64,000 nt of DNA from Cladosporium halotolerans (taxonomy: Eukaryota): NCBI RefSeq assembly GCF_011745625.1, contig NW_027191475.1, positions 62,001 to 126,000 on the forward strand. Reading direction: 5' to 3'. Positions within the stretch are counted from its first letter, which is position 1. Every line of letters starts with the position of its first letter. This document shows, one piece after another, positions 59,451-64,000 of this stretch. The translations under genes and the position numbers were made by a program. The notes under the pieces are model-generated. The model was not told the DNA's origin. It did no database searches and was given only the letters and a program-made list of their open reading frames with translations.

Positions 59451-60386
59451 CTTGTGAAGGTGTGTGGTTGGAGAGGTGAGAAATGGCAGCTGCTTCAAGC
59501 GGAAGAATAGCAGGGAGACGAGCGGAACGGGGCCGAAGCGTCGATTGATCACAAGGAAGGAGCGACGGGCAGCTCTCATCGACCAAAGCGTGTAGTACAA
59601 CGAGCTTCAGCGTCCCCCGTCTTCAGTTGGCATTCTTCTATGGAGGTGCTATCAAGAACGGCAGTTATAAAGCCGTTGTTCGCGTGGCAAAAGAAGGGTG
59701 TTACAAGTTTCGGAGGTGTCCCATCCGCTATGCTACTCAATTGTTCAGAGTCGGCCAACGGGTATGACCCGACGATGATACCACTGTGATGGCGAGGCCG
59801 TTGATTGCACTATCCTCGGGCGATTGCATAAGCGAGTGAGAGGACCACAGTACGCGAAAGTGATGCAGATGCAATCTATTAATGAACAATGTCTTTGATA
59901 TTTGATCCTATCGATTCGAGTGTTCTGTTCACGGCGTGTTCAGGTGTTTGTGGCGTATTCCTCTCTGGAGAGAGAATCTATCTCAAGGGTTCTGGAGGCA
60001 AAGGCACGACGTTGCTCTCTCACAACGCTAAACAAGAACTTTTTTTTTTATTTAATCCATCGACTCTTCAAAAGTTCGAAGTCTGTTACTCCGGGCACAA
60101 GTCCAATCTTCGACACCTGATGGAGAATGGTAAAAAGCCCCGCTTTCGTCCTCATCTTCCAGCGTTGACGAAGTGATTGCAATAGAATATCTAATTCAAA
60201 AAGTAGTTTGACTTTTCAATTCACATCTTTCTTTTGCACGAAAGGGCATGACAACAGGCTACAACCCTTTTGATATGCAGTCAATGCAGTGCACGGTCCC
60301 TTCAGCTGTGAAGTGAAGCCCGCCGCTTGGACCAATCAGCGTTGTCGCCTGACAGCAAACATACCTAATCTTGAGCTTACGGCACC

Positions 60387-60395
60387 TTATCTGAT
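60387..60395 (-). promoter_or_regulatory. SreA-type iron-repression site ATCAGATAA
   Basis: TTATCTGAT on + is ATCAGATAA on -, an exact ATCWGATAA match about 940 bp upstream of the siderophore transporter. Confidence 0.55.
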
Positions 60396-61814
60396 CCTTA
60401 CTTGATCACTTCGCTTTTTGGACCCGATGTTTGGCTGTCGCAAAGCGGTGCGAGTATTATCGGCGCTTGACACCTCGCACATGTACTACTTGAGTGCACG
60501 GGAAGCCAACCCAGAACCACCACTTAGCCGAACATCCGCAGCTTTTTACTGAATGGCCGGAATGAAGACAAATTCGGATCCAACGGACGTGAAAAAGGAC
60601 GACTTTTCGTGTCAGGGCTAGAAATTCACGAGACTTACCACTATGAGACTTCGCCATGCCGAATTGTTCTAATTCACTCTTCACCGAGAAAGACGGACAC
60701 GTTCCCGACTTGCGGCTCGCTGGTGAAAGACAATGACACAGTTGAGTGCTCGCGGAAACGGTCCATCCGACGGAAGTTACAAGGAGAAGCTTGTCATCGT
60801 CGTACTGCCCATGAACCGAGAGTTACAGCGATGGTCCAAAACTCGGTGGACGCCATCGCTTCTCCGGCCCAAAAACCACGCTCAGGCACTCGTGGGAGAT
60901 GTTAGCAGTTTGACGTCCGTCCGCGTTGTGTAGCAGTTTTCCTCATGCCTGTGGGTCTCCGGAGCTATCATATAGAATGATCTAGTACCATAGACTATGG
61001 ACTATCCAAGCGTGATCCCCGTCACAGGGGCTAGAGCTGGCGCGCGACAACTGCTCGGATGGACAAGTGGTGGCCACGGCGGCACCGTCTGAATACGAGC
61101 TTGTTGGAAGCAGACGGGATTCTAGAAGGGAGTCTGCGTCTCCCGGCTACAATACCTTGTCCTTTGTGGACAGCCGCTCAGCAGTGCATGCAAGGAACCC
61201 GACCGTACGCACCTATCCGCAACAACGGCAATCTGCAGATTCCGGTGACCGGAAGGAAGGCCCATCCGGCATGCCCGACGTCGAGGCAACGGCGCGCTGC
61301 AGCATTCGCTTGGCTCTCACCCGGGGATTGACCCGCAATGGAATCCGAAGCGGGTGCTTCGACGGGCCACCGGTTCCATGTGTGACGGTGCACATACTTC
61401 CTGTCAAGTGTCAACAGGGAGCTGACATCTGTCAAGATGCAATGAGGCCACACTTGTGTTCGTAGTGGTTGCTCCTTTGACTATTCCGTCGTATGAGCCC
61501 AAGGACATCCGCCAAGATTATTCGGAGCAGCTTCTCTACTCGTCGGCGCGAGGTTCCAGTAGACTCGTTGGTTGTATGAAGCGAGTGACATATGCCGAGG
61601 TGTCTCAATACTGTATCTGTGTCTTCCGCACCTGTTTCGTCCATCGGGTCATCCGTTGCCTTAAAAAACGCCACCGTGTCTAAAGACACTGAAGCCAAAC
61701 AAATTCCCGTGCTCCAACCCATGAGTCAACCTGCTCGCGGGTATCAACACATTCCCCCATCCCAAACTCCATTTGCGCCCAGTCAAATAGTATTCCAGAA
61801 CACTCCACTCCTCA

Positions 61815-62797
61815 TCATTCTCCCTCCGCACCCCCTAGAGCTTGCACAACACTTTCTAACCCCTGCACCTCCTCCGCCGCAACACGCCTGCCGGCCCCTG
61901 CACCCTCCCCACCTCCTAGCCCCCTGACATCCACACCTCGCCTTTCCAGAGCCCGCCTTGCTTGTGCATCAATGTATCCGCGCCTCTTCGCAGCCGCAGA
62001 ATTCTCGTCCAGACGCGCCTGGCGCGCCGCTGGCAACGACGCGAGAGACGATTTGAGTTGCGCGAGGAGTTCACGCAGAGCGGGGAGCTGCGCGATCGCG
62101 TGCCGTGTATTTTGCGAGAGGGGTTGGGCTGTTGTTGAAGTGTGCGCGGAGCTCGTGAGGAAGGCGAAGGGCGAGGACGGGTTGCTCTGGTCTGAGCTGG
62201 CCGTGAGAGACTTTAGTTGAGCGAGCATGGCGGCGTTCCGCGCCTCCTCTGCCTTCAGCATGGCATTCAACTTCGCAGATTCCTGCGTCTTGCGGCGCTG
62301 GAGTTGTAGTTCCTCTGGTGTAATTGTTGTGGTGTTCGTGTCTAGGTTGAGGTGGCGGTAGTGCTCGAGGCGGACCCAGCGGGCAAGGGACTCTTCGTCG
62401 TGGCCGACGGCGAGGATGTTGCGCAGGGTGTAGATCTCGAACTTGTCGAAGTCTTTGTCGACGATGGCGTTGAGCAGAGATTCGAGCTGGATGATGCCCG
62501 TGTCGATTTCGGTCTGCTTTTGCTCGAGGAGGGCATCGTGGGCGGCGGCATCGGAGGGGTAGGAGGAGTTTGGAGGGTGGCGGAAACCGAGGGAGTGGGG
62601 AGTAGAGTTGGAGAAGCCAGATTCGATTGCATTGACGGCACGGAAGACGAGCTCGTTGACGGTATTGATGATGTCGTCTAGAAGGGTCTGCTGCGGTCAG
62701 TGAGGTTTCGGGCGGCATTGCAGGAAAGGCTTACCAGAGGAGTGTATCGGAAGTGCTCAGTCAGGAGCGCAGTGTTCTCTTGATGTGTTGTTGCCAT
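61815..62797 (-). CDS. MIS12: Kinetochore protein Mis12/Mtw1
   Basis: Exons 62797-62735 and 62687-61815; ALLTEHFRYTPLTLLDDIINTVNEL, GIIQLESLLNAIVDKDFDKFEIYTLRNIL. Confidence 0.9.
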
Positions 62798-63122
62798 GTT
62801 TGCGGGTGTCTGCTCCTATAGCAGTAGTCTCGTTACCGCCGGCGCATTGAATGGCTGAAGGATGTTCGCGTGCTGGAGAACGCGACTTGCGGGGTGCGTA
62901 AACACTGGAGTGCCTCAGGATTCGCAGACCGAGGCGACTGACGCCATCAGAAGGCCGAAACGGCGACTTTCTCACATGGCGTCTGTCTTTACTGAGGCAT
63001 TTGACCACCCGTCAACTACCAATCAATCAGAAAAACCGTCGACATGTTCTGGCCGTATCCCTGAGTTGAGTACACAGTATAAGCCTTCGTGTAAGGCAAG
63101 CTGTTATTCCTACCAAACCAAT

Positions 63123-64000
63123 ATGGAGGGCGTGGACACTCCTTCGAAGCCATCAACCAAAGATGTAGGCGACGATGAAATAGGTGTTGTCGAGATAGCC
63201 TCGAAGAACGGCGACCTGGTACTTCACGTCGAGCATGGCGCCCCGGAGCCGAAAATTCACTCTTTCAAAGTCAGCACCGCGGCGCTGAAGAAATCAAAAT
63301 ACTTCGAACGCCTCCTAGAAGCCGGTCGATTTGGCGAAGGTCAACAGGTCGCCTCGCAGCATGATCTCCTACGGCAGAAGTTCCAGGACATCACTCTGGC
63401 ACCGACCATCGAACTCCCTAGCATCCGCATCGTGGACCTTGGCCGCATCTCCGCCGTCAAATCCACACGGCCCCTCTTGACCGACTTCTTCCTTATCATG
63501 CACGACAAAGACACATCCTCTCCTCCGCCCGTCTCCAACCTTGCAAATCTCGCTATCGTCGCCGACCGCTTCGACGCCCTCGCCACCGTCCGCACCTACG
63601 TGCGCCGCAAGAAGTTCCTTCTCGCTCTCGACGCCAAGACCCAGCCCAAAGCCGAAGCCTCACTGAGCGAAGAGCGCGTGCGCCAGCGCTTCCTCGTCGC
63701 CCTCTTGCTCGACCACGCTCCCTGGATCGAGCGGTACAGCGCACGGCTCATCAATCGCGGCTGGGTCGGGCAGGAAGCCGACGTCGACGACCCGCTATGG
63801 TGGGACCTGCCCGGCCGCGTGGAGGAGGAGCTGGCGTTTCGCCGCGACTGCATTCTCGAAACCATCCAGTCCCTGCAATCGCACTTCCTGGCCCTCTACT
63901 CCTCGCGCGCCCGCCAGTGCCGCCTGGGCTACGACTCGTCGCCGGAGTGCGACAGCTTCCAGTTCGGCGAGATGGTGCGCTTCTTCCTGCGCGCGGGCAC
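63123..64000 (+). CDS. BTB/POZ-like domain protein (3' end runs off the window)
   Basis: Open frame from ATG 63123 to the window end; GDLVLHV..SFKVSTAALKKSKYFERLL, LANLAIVADRFDA. Confidence 0.72.
   Translation, partial: MEGVDTPSKPSTKDVGDDEIGVVEIASKNGDLVLHVEHGAPEPKIHSFKVSTAALKKSKYFERLLEAGRFGEGQQVASQHDLLRQKFQDITLAPTIELPSIRIVDLGRISAVKSTRPLLTDFFLIMHDKDTSSPPPVSNLANLAIVADRFDALATVRTYVRRKKFLLALDAKTQPKAEASLSEERVRQRFLVALLLDHAPWIERYSARLINRGWVGQEADVDDPLWWDLPGRVEEELAFRRDCILETIQSLQSHFLALYSSRARQCRLGYDSSPECDSFQFGEMVRFFLRAG

Noticed and set aside
60600..61750. Short ORFs between the transporter promoter and the MIS12 3' end
   Set aside because: No supportable product or splice model

Overview
Gene-dense eukaryotic DNA from a filamentous ascomycete. 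Short GT-AG introns with CTRAC-type branch points and the protein sequences suggest a Dothideomycete; that placement is inference. About 26 protein-coding genes can be built by hand. In order: MSS51 (partial), RSE1, a YJR098C-like lipase-fold protein, an SRPK-like kinase, an SDR, SGF29, acyl-CoA thioesterase II (PTS1 SKL), LEU4, a CBM48/E-set protein, EF-1 gamma, MRPS9, an APC permease, PIS1, SWC5, a small Gly-rich protein, a MIF-domain protein, a membrane protein, a Pib2-like FYVE protein, a fatty-alcohol oxidase (PTS1 ARL), a second membrane protein, a PAP2-family protein, a YBR137W-like protein, a siderophore transporter, MIS12 and a BTB-like protein (partial). Non-coding features are two intron-containing tRNAs (Thr-TGT, Met-CAT), an intronic C/D snoRNA matching snR38 in EF-1 gamma, a diverged 91-92 bp tandem array and an SreA-type site. 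No transposase, CRISPR array or biosynthetic cluster is visible, and I cannot support a wholly new multi-gene system. The best leads are the tandem array, a PAP2 with both catalytic histidines altered, structured long introns in RSE1 and the Pib2-like gene, splice-dependent PTS1 on the thioesterase, and a C-to-G compositional switch along many ORFs. All family calls come from motif recognition, not database searches.
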